IMG/VR virus record: IMGVR_UViG_3300029258_004075
Origin: an uncultured virus (IMG/VR IMGVR_UViG_3300029258_004075)
Taxonomy: Duplodnaviria > Heunggongvirae > Uroviricota > Caudoviricetes
Reading direction: 5' to 3' (one strand)
Length of the DNA stretch: 64,000 bases
Made by a program: the position numbers and the translations under genes
The notes under the pieces: model-generated
Database searches by the model: none
What the model was told of the DNA's origin: nothing
The model's input: the letters and a program-made list of their open reading frames with translations, nothing else
Part shown: piece after piece, positions 26,894 through 37,700 of the stretch
Position numbering within the stretch: the first letter of the stretch is position 1
How the letters are laid out: each line of letters opens with the position of its first letter

Positions 26894-28366
26894 GTGACAG
26901 GATTTAGACCCAGCAAATACCAAAAAAGGATATACGACTTCATTAAAGAAGAGAAAGGAAATGCAATCGTAGAAGCAGTTGCCGGAAGCGGTAAGACGAC
27001 AACCATCGTCGAAGCAACCAAACTTCTTCCAAAGAATAAAAAATCAATATTTGTAGCATTTAACCGTTCCATTGCTCAAGAATTGCAACGTAAACTACCA
27101 AAGCATGTAAAAGCATCAACCTTACATTCATTTGGTTTTTCATTATTTTTTAACAGCAGCAATTGTCAAGTAACCCCAGAAGTAGACGCTGACAAACTTT
27201 ATCGCATCACCCGAAAGGTCCTTGAAGCGACCAGCATGGAAAACCCCCGCGTTTATATCTCAGGATACATGAATATCATTTCAAAACTTAAAGCAGAGTT
27301 ATTACCTCCTACAAATGATTCGATAGACTATATTATTGATAGATATAATATTGTAGTCGATTTCCCAATACGCTTATCACTTATCCGCTCCATCTTAGAG
27401 GAAAGCAAACGAGACCTAGCAACTATTGATTACGATGATATGATATGGCTTCCACTCGTTCTCAATTTTTCTTCACGAGAATACGATTGGGTTTTTGTGG
27501 ATGAAGTACAAGACCTAAACAAATCCCAATTTGAACTTATCAAAAAGATGTGCAACGGTCACACTCGAATCGTAGCAGTAGGAGACAGCCGACAGTCCAT
27601 CTATGCCTTCCGAGGAGCAGACACCAATTCAATGAGGAACTTCAAAGAATATTTCAAAGCGAAAGAACTTCCACTATCAATTTGCTATCGATGTCCTTCC
27701 TCCGTTGTCAACCTAGCACAGCAGTTTGTCCCTCAAATCGAAGCATTTGACAGAGCACCAAAAGGAACCGTAGCCCACATCACTGAGTCCGACCTTAACC
27801 AGAAAGCCAAACCTGGTGACCTTATCATTTGTCGAACCAACGCACCATTGGTTAAAGTAGCATTCTCCTTCATCAGACAACACCGTAAAGCAATTATCCG
27901 TGGTCGAGACATCGGTAAAAACCTTATCAAAATCGTAGAAGCAATGTCCACGAGCGACATCGACCTTTTTACAAAAGAAGTTAACCGAGAAATCACAACC
28001 CAAACAGAAAAATTAGCAAAGATAGAGCGCGGAGAATTACCCCGTAAGCAAAAATCTTCCACCGTCAAAAAAATTGACCAATTGGAAACCATCTTAGCCA
28101 TATCAGAAAATTGCACCTCACTACCGTCACTCAAGCAAACCATCAAAGATATCTTTTCCGATAAAGAAGAAGGTATTATACTTTCCAGCGTCCATAAGGT
28201 GAAAGGTCTCGAGTCCAAACGTATTTTCATCCTTTACTACAACGAGCTCATGCCTCATCCGATGGCAGAGACCCAAGAGGAGCAGCAACAAGAAATAAAC
28301 ATCAAATATGTAGCAGTGACCAGAGCAAAAGAAGAACTTTACTTAGTCGACCAGGATGTGGAATAA
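26894..28366 (+). CDS. UvrD/Rep-like superfamily 1 helicase
   Basis: AVAGSGKTT, TLHS, VDEVQD, VGD.RQSIYAFRGA, YRCP, SVHKVKGLE, YVAVTRAK. Confidence 0.93.
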   Translation: MTGFRPSKYQKRIYDFIKEEKGNAIVEAVAGSGKTTTIVEATKLLPKNKKSIFVAFNRSIAQELQRKLPKHVKASTLHSFGFSLFFNSSNCQVTPEVDADKLYRITRKVLEATSMENPRVYISGYMNIISKLKAELLPPTNDSIDYIIDRYNIVVDFPIRLSLIRSILEESKRDLATIDYDDMIWLPLVLNFSSREYDWVFVDEVQDLNKSQFELIKKMCNGHTRIVAVGDSRQSIYAFRGADTNSMRNFKEYFKAKELPLSICYRCPSSVVNLAQQFVPQIEAFDRAPKGTVAHITESDLNQKAKPGDLIICRTNAPLVKVAFSFIRQHRKAIIRGRDIGKNLIKIVEAMSTSDIDLFTKEVNREITTQTEKLAKIERGELPRKQKSSTVKKIDQLETILAISENCTSLPSLKQTIKDIFSDKEEGIILSSVHKVKGLESKRIFILYYNELMPHPMAETQEEQQQEINIKYVAVTRAKEELYLVDQDVE

Positions 28367-28368
28367 AC

Positions 28369-30332
28369 ATGAATTATTCTAAATTAAAAGTAACAGAAAT
28401 TGTCCCATCTGATGTAGACCCATCAGATGCTCTTATCTATTTTGATGACGGAAACTATATAGTTATCAACGCTGACCAAATGGAAGCAATTAAAGAATAC
28501 TACGAGGAGGACTAAAAATGAAAGTAGACATTCCTGATGATATGCTTGAAGAACTAAATTATTGGTTTAAAAAGAATTACGCTTTAGATTTTACTCCAAA
28601 CGAAATTGGAGAATTAATAGAGAATTATATCTATCTTAACAAACGGATTGATGTAATTGAAAAAGCAGTAAAAAAAATAGATTTTGGTAAGGAGGACTAA
28701 AAGATGAATTATAAAGATGGGAAAAATATTGTAATGGAATTAGTAGAAGATGGTGACCATATAACCATTAATGGATTAATTGAGAATTTTGGTTGGAATA
28801 TTACTTTTGCAAAGGATGTTATTAATCAGTTAATCAATGAAAATAAGGTTACTGACCATGGCGGTAGAATCTACAAAAAGGAGGACTAAATAATGAATCA
28901 AAAAATCAAAGACATTGATGATGGTCAACCAGCAATTGGTGCTAAAGTTGAGGAATTAGGCTTCCTTAAACGTGATGAATTCTATCATCTCCTCGGTCAT
29001 GAGTTCAAACATGATTTAGATGGTGAATATTATGCCATTATAATAGTGAAAGGGAAGAGCGGAAAGAAATACAGGATAGAAGCGAACATCAAAAACATAG
29101 ATGAACTGGAGGACTAAAAGATGAGAAAGTTTGAGGATATTATCTGCCCTAAATGTGGTGGTATGTTGGAAGATGTTAAACATAAAAGGAAAAATCATAC
29201 ATGGATTAATCTATACTGTCCAAACTGTAACATCGAATGGAGGGTTTAGAATGAAAATGACCAAATCCAACCTCATCTTTGAAATCGAAACAATGTTAAG
29301 AGAAACACCAAAACTCAACCTTCTACTCCCAAACAAATCATGGAAACAATTACCAAAACAAGAAATGGGCGAACTTTATCGAATGATTCACAACCACCAA
29401 ATCGACATGGAGGACTAAAAATGAATGAAGAAGAGTTAATGAGTGAAGTAAAATACTGTAAAAATTGTAAAGGAATACCAGTAGTAGATGGCGAAGATTA
29501 TTGTTTGGATTGTCTTAAAGACATGGAAAAAATGCAAGAGGATGAAAATGGAAACGAACAATGGTATAGATTTTGCCCATACTGCAAAAAATGGTTCCTT
29601 GTACAAAATGGACACAGGTGTTGGTAAATGAAATATTTAATCATTAAAAAGCAATCTGGAATTGATTGGGTTACAATTAAGATACCACTCGAAGAAGTAA
29701 TGGAAAGCGATATTGTATCACCCTATGAAACAGAGGATTCTAAAGGGTGGGCTGTAAAAGCATATATGGAGGAGGACTAAAAATGACAACAAAGTATGAA
29801 ACAAGATTTAGATGTCCCAAGTGTGGAGAACAAATGATTAAATCTTATCGACCGAACCATTGGACTAATATCTATACTCCTCGTTTATATTGTAGCAATC
29901 CAGAATGCAGTTTTCAGATATATCCAAATTCGAGAGAAGAGCAAAAGATTTTCGATAAAATGATGACTTTATTAATCAGGAGGACTAAAAGATGAACAAA
30001 CAAACCAAAAACAAAATCTCAAAAATCATAGAACAACTAGAAGAAATTGAGACGGAAGAAAGAGAAAAACGAGAGAATGCTCCTGATAATCTTTACTACT
30101 CAGAAAGATACGAACATATGGAAGAAATCGCTGATTCCCTTTGTGAAGCTATTGAACTTTTAAGAGAAATTGAGGAAGACTAAAAATGAATGCAAAAATT
30201 GAAGGAAAAATTGAGATTCTTATGAGCCAAGAGGATTGGGAAGCAACAAAAAGACATCCAATGGAAATGAACATTAACGGTATTGATGTTGTTATAAAAT
30301 GTAAAGAAACAACAATATTTGAGGAGAACTAA
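28369..30332 (+). CDS. Array of about 11 tiny ORFs (42-74 aa; several Zn ribbons): 28369, 28518, 28704, 28893, 29121, 29251, 29421, 29628, 29783, 29992, 30186
   Basis: Most begin at an ATG a few nt after the shared junction; most end in ...ED*. Confidence 0.65.
28506..30332 (+). repeat. Dispersed GGAGGACTAAA stop/RBS junction repeat
   Basis: Exact copies at 28506, 28691, 28880, 29108, 29409, 29771, 29979; variants near 30172 and 30321. Confidence 0.85.
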
Positions 30333-30334
30333 AA

Positions 30335-30808
30335 ATGCCCAAACCCAAAAACTGGAAACGCGTAAAGGACCAAGAGTTTGATAGACTCAAATCATACCTC
30401 CCTCCTTTCGACGATATCCTCCTTTGGACAGACGGAAATCAAAACTATGTAGGAATCATCAAATTCGGTGGTATGCGAAACGAAGGGGGAACGCCCTACA
30501 GCGAATACGCCTACGATGTATTCTCCGTTAAGAATGGTGATTGGTCTCGTGTAGACGACTTTATAGATGAGGTATACTCCTGGCAAAAAGCAGAAGACTT
30601 ATCATATTATCACATGCGAGAACTGAGCGGTAAAAATACTGTAGAAAAGAAACCAAAATACAACGTATATTGCCCAAACGGTCACTGGGAAAGAAAATAC
30701 TATGTAAAAGGGAAAACAATTAAAAGAATCAAATATGCCCGCTGTCCATACTGCGTTCATAAACTTATCCTTGAAAACCTCCAGGAGGAAAAGAAAAATG
30801 AAAGCTAA
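30335..30808 (+). CDS. Hypothetical protein with C-terminal Zn ribbon
   Basis: CPNGH...CPYC. Confidence 0.55.
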   Translation: MPKPKNWKRVKDQEFDRLKSYLPPFDDILLWTDGNQNYVGIIKFGGMRNEGGTPYSEYAYDVFSVKNGDWSRVDDFIDEVYSWQKAEDLSYYHMRELSGKNTVEKKPKYNVYCPNGHWERKYYVKGKTIKRIKYARCPYCVHKLILENLQEEKKNES

Positions 30809-31205
30809 TATACTGTATCCTAAAAAATACTCCGTCTATACAACATCACCAAATGACAGATGGTTGATGCGAGTTCAATTCAAAGACCGCTATCCAACAC
30901 CTGAGGAAATCATTACTGACTACGTTGTACTTCCTTTCACATTAGACGTCGAAACAAAAGAAGAAGTCTTTTCAATCATGAATAATTATGAAAGCAACCC
31001 TTTAGGTTGTACCAGCGATAAAGACGAAGAAGGAAAGAAAATGCAGCAATGGCTATTAGACCATGACCTAGACCATACCTCCATGTCTGTTGGTGATATC
31101 ATAGTACTCAAAGGAAAAGCATTTATATGTATGAATAGTGGTTGGAAAGAAATAGAATTACCTGAACCGTATAAATTAGCACTAAAGAAAAGTTTGGAGC
31201 GATAA
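30798..31205 (+). CDS. YodL-like domain protein
   Basis: EEVF..MN ... HTSMSVGDII...C...GW. Confidence 0.7.
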   Translation: MKANILYPKKYSVYTTSPNDRWLMRVQFKDRYPTPEEIITDYVVLPFTLDVETKEEVFSIMNNYESNPLGCTSDKDEEGKKMQQWLLDHDLDHTSMSVGDIIVLKGKAFICMNSGWKEIELPEPYKLALKKSLER

Positions 31206-31382
31206 CATGAAAACTGTAAAAGCAAGACATCAAACTCGTTACGGTTGTCCTGGTGTACACTATAATCACACATTCCTAGCACACGCCTTTGGTATTTATC
31301 AAAAGAAAGGATGGTGCACTTGCGAAGAATTCCAAAAGATATTTACACCATCACAATATAAGATTATTTGGGAGAACTAACT

Positions 31383-31754
31383 ATGGGATATTGTTTCATG
31401 ACAGGCAGGTTAAACGAAAAGAACAGAGTTGTGTTTGATGAGTGTGACGGTCGGTCCTCTATTTGTGTTGTAGATTACCCAACAAAAGAACAACAAGAAA
31501 GGTGTAGAAGACAGCGTGAGAAAGGACCGGACCAATTGCACTTTCTTCCATATTCCAACATCACTAGATGCAGCCAATGCCCTGAATATACATCTAATTA
31601 CAAAGAAGCATTATCACTTCTCCGTCAATGGCTATTACAACATAAAGATAGAATCATAAGGGAGGATGGAGAAAGAGAAAACGAGTTGTTAGGCTTTGCC
31701 GAATTCTTTATAGGTGACTTCAAGCAATTAAAGGAGCATCTATTAAAAAAATAA
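31383..31754 (+). CDS. Hypothetical Cys-containing protein
   Basis: ATG after a ggagaactaa junction variant. Confidence 0.5.
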   Translation: MGYCFMTGRLNEKNRVVFDECDGRSSICVVDYPTKEQQERCRRQREKGPDQLHFLPYSNITRCSQCPEYTSNYKEALSLLRQWLLQHKDRIIREDGERENELLGFAEFFIGDFKQLKEHLLKK

Positions 31755-31802
31755 AAAATTTAATAAATAAGAAAAACATATAATTATTAAAAGAGTGATA
31801 AT

Positions 31803-32183
31803 ATGGGAAGCGTTCAAACACCAACTAAGTGCCCTGATTGTAACTACGAAGAAGCAATAGAGGACTTTTATTATAAGACAGGAGAAATGTTTGTCACTTG
31901 TCCACGCTGTGGTTATGCATATCAAAATATATATGTTCGAGACAAAGAAGGAAATGTTCTTAAAGATGAACAAGGACAGTATAGAACAAAGGAAACGGAA
32001 CAGCACGGAGCAGGTGTATTTGAGATGAAAAAAGAAGGAAAACTCGGTACTGCTATCGGACATCTCTTCCAAGACAAAGAAAAGAGAAAAAGACAAATAC
32101 TCGTCTTAAAAGAAATCGATGAGAAAAATGAAGGGACAACAGTTAAGATAAAGGAATACACAAAACATATGGTGAAAGAATGA
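31803..32183 (+). CDS. Zn-ribbon protein
   Basis: CPDC...CPRCGY. Confidence 0.6.
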   Translation: MGSVQTPTKCPDCNYEEAIEDFYYKTGEMFVTCPRCGYAYQNIYVRDKEGNVLKDEQGQYRTKETEQHGAGVFEMKKEGKLGTAIGHLFQDKEKRKRQILVLKEIDEKNEGTTVKIKEYTKHMVKE

Positions 32184-32368
32184 AAACACTCGATGATTAT
32201 CTAAACCCAAAGAAGAAAGAAAAACCAAAACAACAACCCCAAATAAAAGGGAAGCGTTGTTCCTGTGGAAAAAAAGCCGTCATCAAAACCGCTACTTCCT
32301 ATTATTGTATGGATTGTTGGCATGAGTATCCAGAAGGCTTCATGACGAGAGGTTGGGATTTCATATGA
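32180..32368 (+). CDS. Small Zn-finger protein
   Basis: CSCGKKA...YCMDC. Confidence 0.5.
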   Translation: MKTLDDYLNPKKKEKPKQQPQIKGKRCSCGKKAVIKTATSYYCMDCWHEYPEGFMTRGWDFI

Positions 32369-32721
32369 AAAGAATAGTATCATACGATAAATTTGTATTA
32401 GCATGCAAAATCATATCAGAAAAGTTACCTCAAGAAAGATTCACAGACATATACGGAATACCGAGAGGAGGATTAGTGCCTGCTGTTTACCTGTCACACC
32501 TAACTGGTCTTCCTCTCACTAACTTCCCTCAACATCCAACGACACTTATCGTTGACGATATAGCAGACACAGGGCATACACTAGAAGAATATAATAACTA
32601 CTTTATAGCAACCATTTATTATCACAAACAATCAATCGTTAAACCTGATATATGGGTCTACGAAAAAAAGAAGCAATGGATAGTGTTCCCGTGGGAAAAA
32701 GAGGCATTAGAGGAGAAATAA
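32365..32721 (+). CDS. Purine phosphoribosyltransferase-like protein
   Basis: YGIPRGGL.PA, LIVDDIADTGHTL, WIVFPWE. Confidence 0.88.
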   Translation: MKRIVSYDKFVLACKIISEKLPQERFTDIYGIPRGGLVPAVYLSHLTGLPLTNFPQHPTTLIVDDIADTGHTLEEYNNYFIATIYYHKQSIVKPDIWVYEKKKQWIVFPWEKEALEEK

Positions 32722-32754
32722 AATGTCAAACCTAACAATCAAAGATGTGATAGA

Positions 32755-32979
32755 ATGACAACAACATCATACTGGAAATGGCTTTTCAACATCATAAGGG
32801 AAATCCCAAGGAATTCTTTTTCAAAAACCATAATTATCTTTGTTTCTGGAATCATCTTCTCTTTCATATCATTTATAATCCTAAAAACAATTCATCCAAT
32901 CATAGCACTAATCATATCAATATCTTTCTTTGCATTCATCATATCATATGTAATCTATAGAGTAGAAGAAATAGATTGA
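32755..32979 (+). CDS. 2-TM hypothetical protein
   Basis: Hydrophobic pair. Confidence 0.45.
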   Translation: MTTTSYWKWLFNIIREIPRNSFSKTIIIFVSGIIFSFISFIILKTIHPIIALIISISFFAFIISYVIYRVEEID

Positions 32980-33151
32980 TAGCGTGAATAAAGAAAAAGA
33001 GGCGCTCAAATGAAACTATTTAGTTTATTCAATCTAAATAATGTTTACATAATGCCTTGTCCTTACTGTAATCACATAGGTGAATACTATGATGGAATAA
33101 ATACGTGCAAAATGTGTAATAAGATATTTACTATAGATAGAAGACAATAAT

Positions 33152-33627
33152 ATGCAATACGTGTGCTGTATATGCGGAAAAAAATTTAGAAGATATCCTT
33201 CTAAAATACGTGACCAAGATAAACCATACTGTTCAAGAGCGTGTGCAAACCGTGACCCTTCAAAAAGAAGAACTGCAATTGGAAGGAATTGCTCTCGTAC
33301 TTCTATCTACATGAGTAATGTATTAGCAATAAAGAAGATGTTCGAATGACATTTCATGTTAAAACGAAAGAAGACCTAAAGCAAGTCTACCAGAGAGGAC
33401 GTTGTATCATATGTGGAGGGATAGGTAGCATGATTGTATGGTGTAATATAGATAATAAGAGAGAAAAGGTTATCGTTTGTTCTGAGCCATGCAAGCGCCG
33501 TCTACAAGACCTTGCTAATACCATATCAAACGCATGTCCTAATTGTGGAGCGCAACTTAGAAAAATGCCTGGTGGTTATTACTGCAAACAGTGCTTTATG
33601 CGATACACAGAAGAAGACCTCAAATGA
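33152..33627 (+). CDS. Two small Zn-finger ORFs (33152..33349 and 33346..33627)
   Basis: CCICGKKF...YCSRAC; CIICG...CSEPC...CPNCG...CKQC. Confidence 0.55.
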
Positions 33628-33678
33628 TATCTATTAAAAAATTCAAAATACTTATAAATACAAACATCATTTTGTTGT

Positions 33679-34632
33679 ATGAGAGTTATAATGTTCAAAA
33701 AACCTAAGGTCGAAGTAAAAGAGAAGCAACAACCAAAGGTATACAATTCATTTTATGAAGTTGATATTGAAAATCATGAAAAGAATCCCTCTTATGGTCG
33801 CCAAACCATTATACGATATCAAAACCAAAAGCAAAGAAGCGACATGCTCTTTTATGTATCGTTAGGTATCTTGTTTATCGCATGGATTTACAACCCCATT
33901 ACCGGCATTATAACCACATCAATGTTCCTATTGTTTAACTGGAACTCTCTAAAGAATCGCTTTAAACGCTTTGAAGCGTATCTAAATGAACAAAACAGAG
34001 GTAATAATAATGTATAAAGTAAGAAGATGCCCTATATGCAAGGAATATATACACATACACAATAAGCAGGATAGATACAAGTATACACTCAAGAATAGAT
34101 GCGAACATGTACCAGAAGAAGAGATGACCAAAAGCGAATTGGATTCATTTTTTAACCAGCGCATTAAATGATACCTCTCATCCTTATCGTATGTGGTCTT
34201 TTTCTCATCATCATTTTAGTACCCGTCATACATGAGCGTTTGCATCTTAGGAAGATACGACAACTTGGTGGTGATGGGTACATCACACACGGTATTATTC
34301 TTTCTACGATGACCCATACTCTTCCACTCAAATCATACGATGATTACATTGCTGTTGCAAAAGCACCAATCAGACCGACATTCTTTATTATATTTGTAGG
34401 TTTAACACTGTTTAGTACGGGTGTTCTTTTTCTAGAAACAGGGGAACAAAATATCATTTTAGCTTCTATATCTTTTTTCACTTCTATTCCTTTAAGTGTA
34501 TTAGCAACATACGAAGCTTGCAAATACGATTTCAAAAAAATACATGACCTAGAAGAGAAAAAGCGTAATGAATATCCTTTCGCTGTCTTTCTCTCATGTA
34601 TAGAGCAGGTTATAGACAAAAGTAAAAAGTAA
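33679..34632 (+). CDS. Three hypothetical ORFs (33679..34017 membrane; about 34010..34171 Zn ribbon; 34168..34632 membrane)
   Basis: Overlapping stop/start operon after TATA promoter at about 33652. Confidence 0.5.
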
Positions 34633-34771
34633 CCACTATTCTTTTTTACCTCCCCCTCTCTCCATATATCAAAGTTTATATAAAAGTCCAATCACAATAT
34701 ATTATATATAGGCAGGTGGTTGAGACTTTTCTAGTTTTTAATCACTTTACTGTAGGAATGTAGGTGCTTTA

Positions 34772-37700
34772 ATGCCATTACCAGACTTGTTAAAAAGACA
34801 GTTGAGTCAGACGCAGGCCGGAAGAAACATTGTAAAGATTGTTGAAAGCAACAAAGGAAAAAAATCATCAAGTAGCAAATCATCAAGTAGCAAATCATCC
34901 AGTTCTTCATCCGGCTCCTCAAGTAATCGTTCTTCCTCGAATGCATCATCTTCTAATAAATCTATACACGATATTGTTCTAGAAGTTCTAACTCCCGAAC
35001 CAGTAAAAAAAGCAGTAGAGAACATAAGAAATCAGAACACATCAACCACTGGTACTTCTTCAGGTGGTACAGGATTCACTGCTGGACCAATGGCTCGAGC
35101 AGGTAGTACAGGTGGAACAACATCATCATCTTCTTCAGGTGGCAGTTCTTCAGGTGGTCGTGGACCTACAGTTTCAACATCGATAGGAAGAAATCCTCTT
35201 CTTGATATTATAGAAGAAGCAACTACACCAGCTTTTGTCAAAGAAATAGCCCATCAAAAGGCGAAAGAAGAAATTCCAGGGACATCTGCACCAGCAGAAA
35301 CATCACAAGGAGCTCCTGGTATCATTGAACGCCTTCCAAACCCAATAGAATCATCATTGTTAGGTTCTGAGAATCAGTTTCAACAAGCGTTAGGACAGAA
35401 AATATACAATCAAAGAATGGAACAAAAAGCTATACAAGATACTGGTACTAAAACGCAAGAATACGTGGACACAGAAACAGTAAGTGAAGAGATTCCAGGA
35501 GGGCGACCAATAGAAGTTACATATGAAACTGACGAAGGAGAAATCAAAACAGTTACAGATTCTTCATCTAATCTCAATCAGCGGATAGAAAGATATGATA
35601 ACCTTGGTTATCATATAACTAACATCACCGATACTCAATCAGGAGAAACATATTGGGATACACCAACAACAGAACAAATACAAAGCTTTCAACAACAGAC
35701 ATTTGAAGATGAATATAGACAGGTGCAGCAACTGAATAAACCAGAAAACCTTTCTCAGGAAACATGGAATACATTAGAACGAAAATATAGAGCAGGACAA
35801 ATATCACCTGAGGAATTTCAGCAACAAGTCGAGACAGAAACAATAACGCAAGGAAAACCGGACTTTTATGCGTTTGTTCCCGAGAATCAATACAGAACAG
35901 TTATAAAGAGATTCAGCGAAGGGCAATACACAGAAGAACAAGCAACGGAAATGCTTAATAAGCTTAACAAACAAGGAATGAAAAATGCTCCTCAATACAA
36001 AGTTAACGAATGGGCTGAAGAACATTATAGATTCGGAGAAGATGGAGAAAAGACATTCGAACAAATAAAAAGGGAAGACCCTGCATTACAAGGACTCACA
36101 TATAATCCCGAAGCAGAGGAAGGAGAAGAAATATCACTTGAGTATGACTACGAGAAAGGAGCAGATATACTTAAAGACAGACTGTATAATACACCAACTT
36201 TTGCTATCCATGAAGCAGTAGACTTAAGTTCAAGGCTTGCAGGAGCACCAAGTTTATTGTATTCTGCTGCAGGAGAAGGTTGGCGTCGGTTAACTGGTCA
36301 AGGCAGTGGAGGAGACATAACTGAGGATTATAACAGGGAAAGATATAGACATTTAAAAGCATGGCATGAAGACGAATCAGGAAAGGACCCATGGGCATAT
36401 GAAAAAGCATATTTCACATCACCATTAGCAACTGACGTTATATATCCAGCATTGACAGGAGGAATCTTTTCAGCGGTTGCTCCTGTAGCCGGAACAGCAG
36501 CATCACGACTTGGTTCGTGGGCAGCATCAAAATCACCAAGACTTGCTAAGTGGGGAGCGAAAGCAGCAGGTGGAGCATCACGACTTGGAAAGTGGGGAAC
36601 CAGTGTTGCAAAAACATATCCAAAATTAGCAACAGGAGCAAAGTACGCAGCAATTGGCTCTCCTGTATATTATCCTGTCATCCCGACAGCATACGGTGAA
36701 GCAACTGGTTCTTTAAGACCAGGAGCAACAGCATCACAAATAGCACGTTCAACAACACAATTCGGTTCTCTTTTACTTGGTGGAGCAGCAACAAGAGAAT
36801 GGGGGCAAAGGAGAGCGACAAACTGGAGATTGAAAGAAGGATACATAAGAGACCCTAAAACTGGAAAGTGGATAGAAGACCCTTACGGCTTTAGAAAAGG
36901 CGGAGACCCTAGTAATATTAAAAAATTATATCGTTCATTTGCAAAAAAATATCATACTGATGTTTCCTCATATCCAAAGTCACAATTTCAGCAAATGAGT
37001 AGAGCATACGAAGCGTACGGTCAACCCCGCTCACAATTTATGGCTAAGTACGGTCAAAGCGACATACCGCTTCTTCCTGGACAAACAACAACTGGTCCAA
37101 GACCATCACAACCTTCAAAACCGAGTGGTTTACGATTAGATGGAAGAGTGATACGAGGAAACCTTCCTGTTGAATCATCTTCTTCCATTTTAGAGAGTGG
37201 AAGATACGCAGGTTTCCAACCTATGGGAACAGATGTTTCAGCATATCATAGAATAGGAACAGGTGTAGCACCAAGCGTTCACAGATGGGGTTCCTTACAA
37301 CCTGACCTTGGCGTAAGACCAACAACACAAACCCACGTAGATGTAGGAACGCATCGTGCGAGAACAACAAGACAAACACACATAGATGACTTCGGTACAT
37401 CTTCAAGAATACCACAAACATCCGAACCAAGTGGCTTACGATTGGATGGTAGAATCATAAGAGGCGGGCAACCAGCAGGTCAAATATCACCAGTGCTTGA
37501 GAGTGGAAGATATGCAGGATTTCACCCCTTCCAAACAGACGTAGAAGCATATCATAAAATAATAACGGGGGTATCACAAAAACCGTATGGGTGGGGACAG
37601 TTACAACCTGATTTTGGTGTACGAACACCTAGACCTAATCTTGTAGATGTTGGTCCTAAAGGGAGTGTTTCTACTCCAACAAAAACAACACATTTATCTG

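Noticed and set aside
28506..29988. GGAGGACTAAA repeats as a CRISPR array or integron attC sites
   Set aside because: The repeat is only 11 nt, non-palindromic, spaced about 185-360 nt apart by ORFs, and no tyrosine integrase is present.
34862..34960. aaatcatcaagtagc tandem repeat as a regulatory element
   Set aside because: It simply encodes the KSSSS low-complexity tract of the giant ORF.
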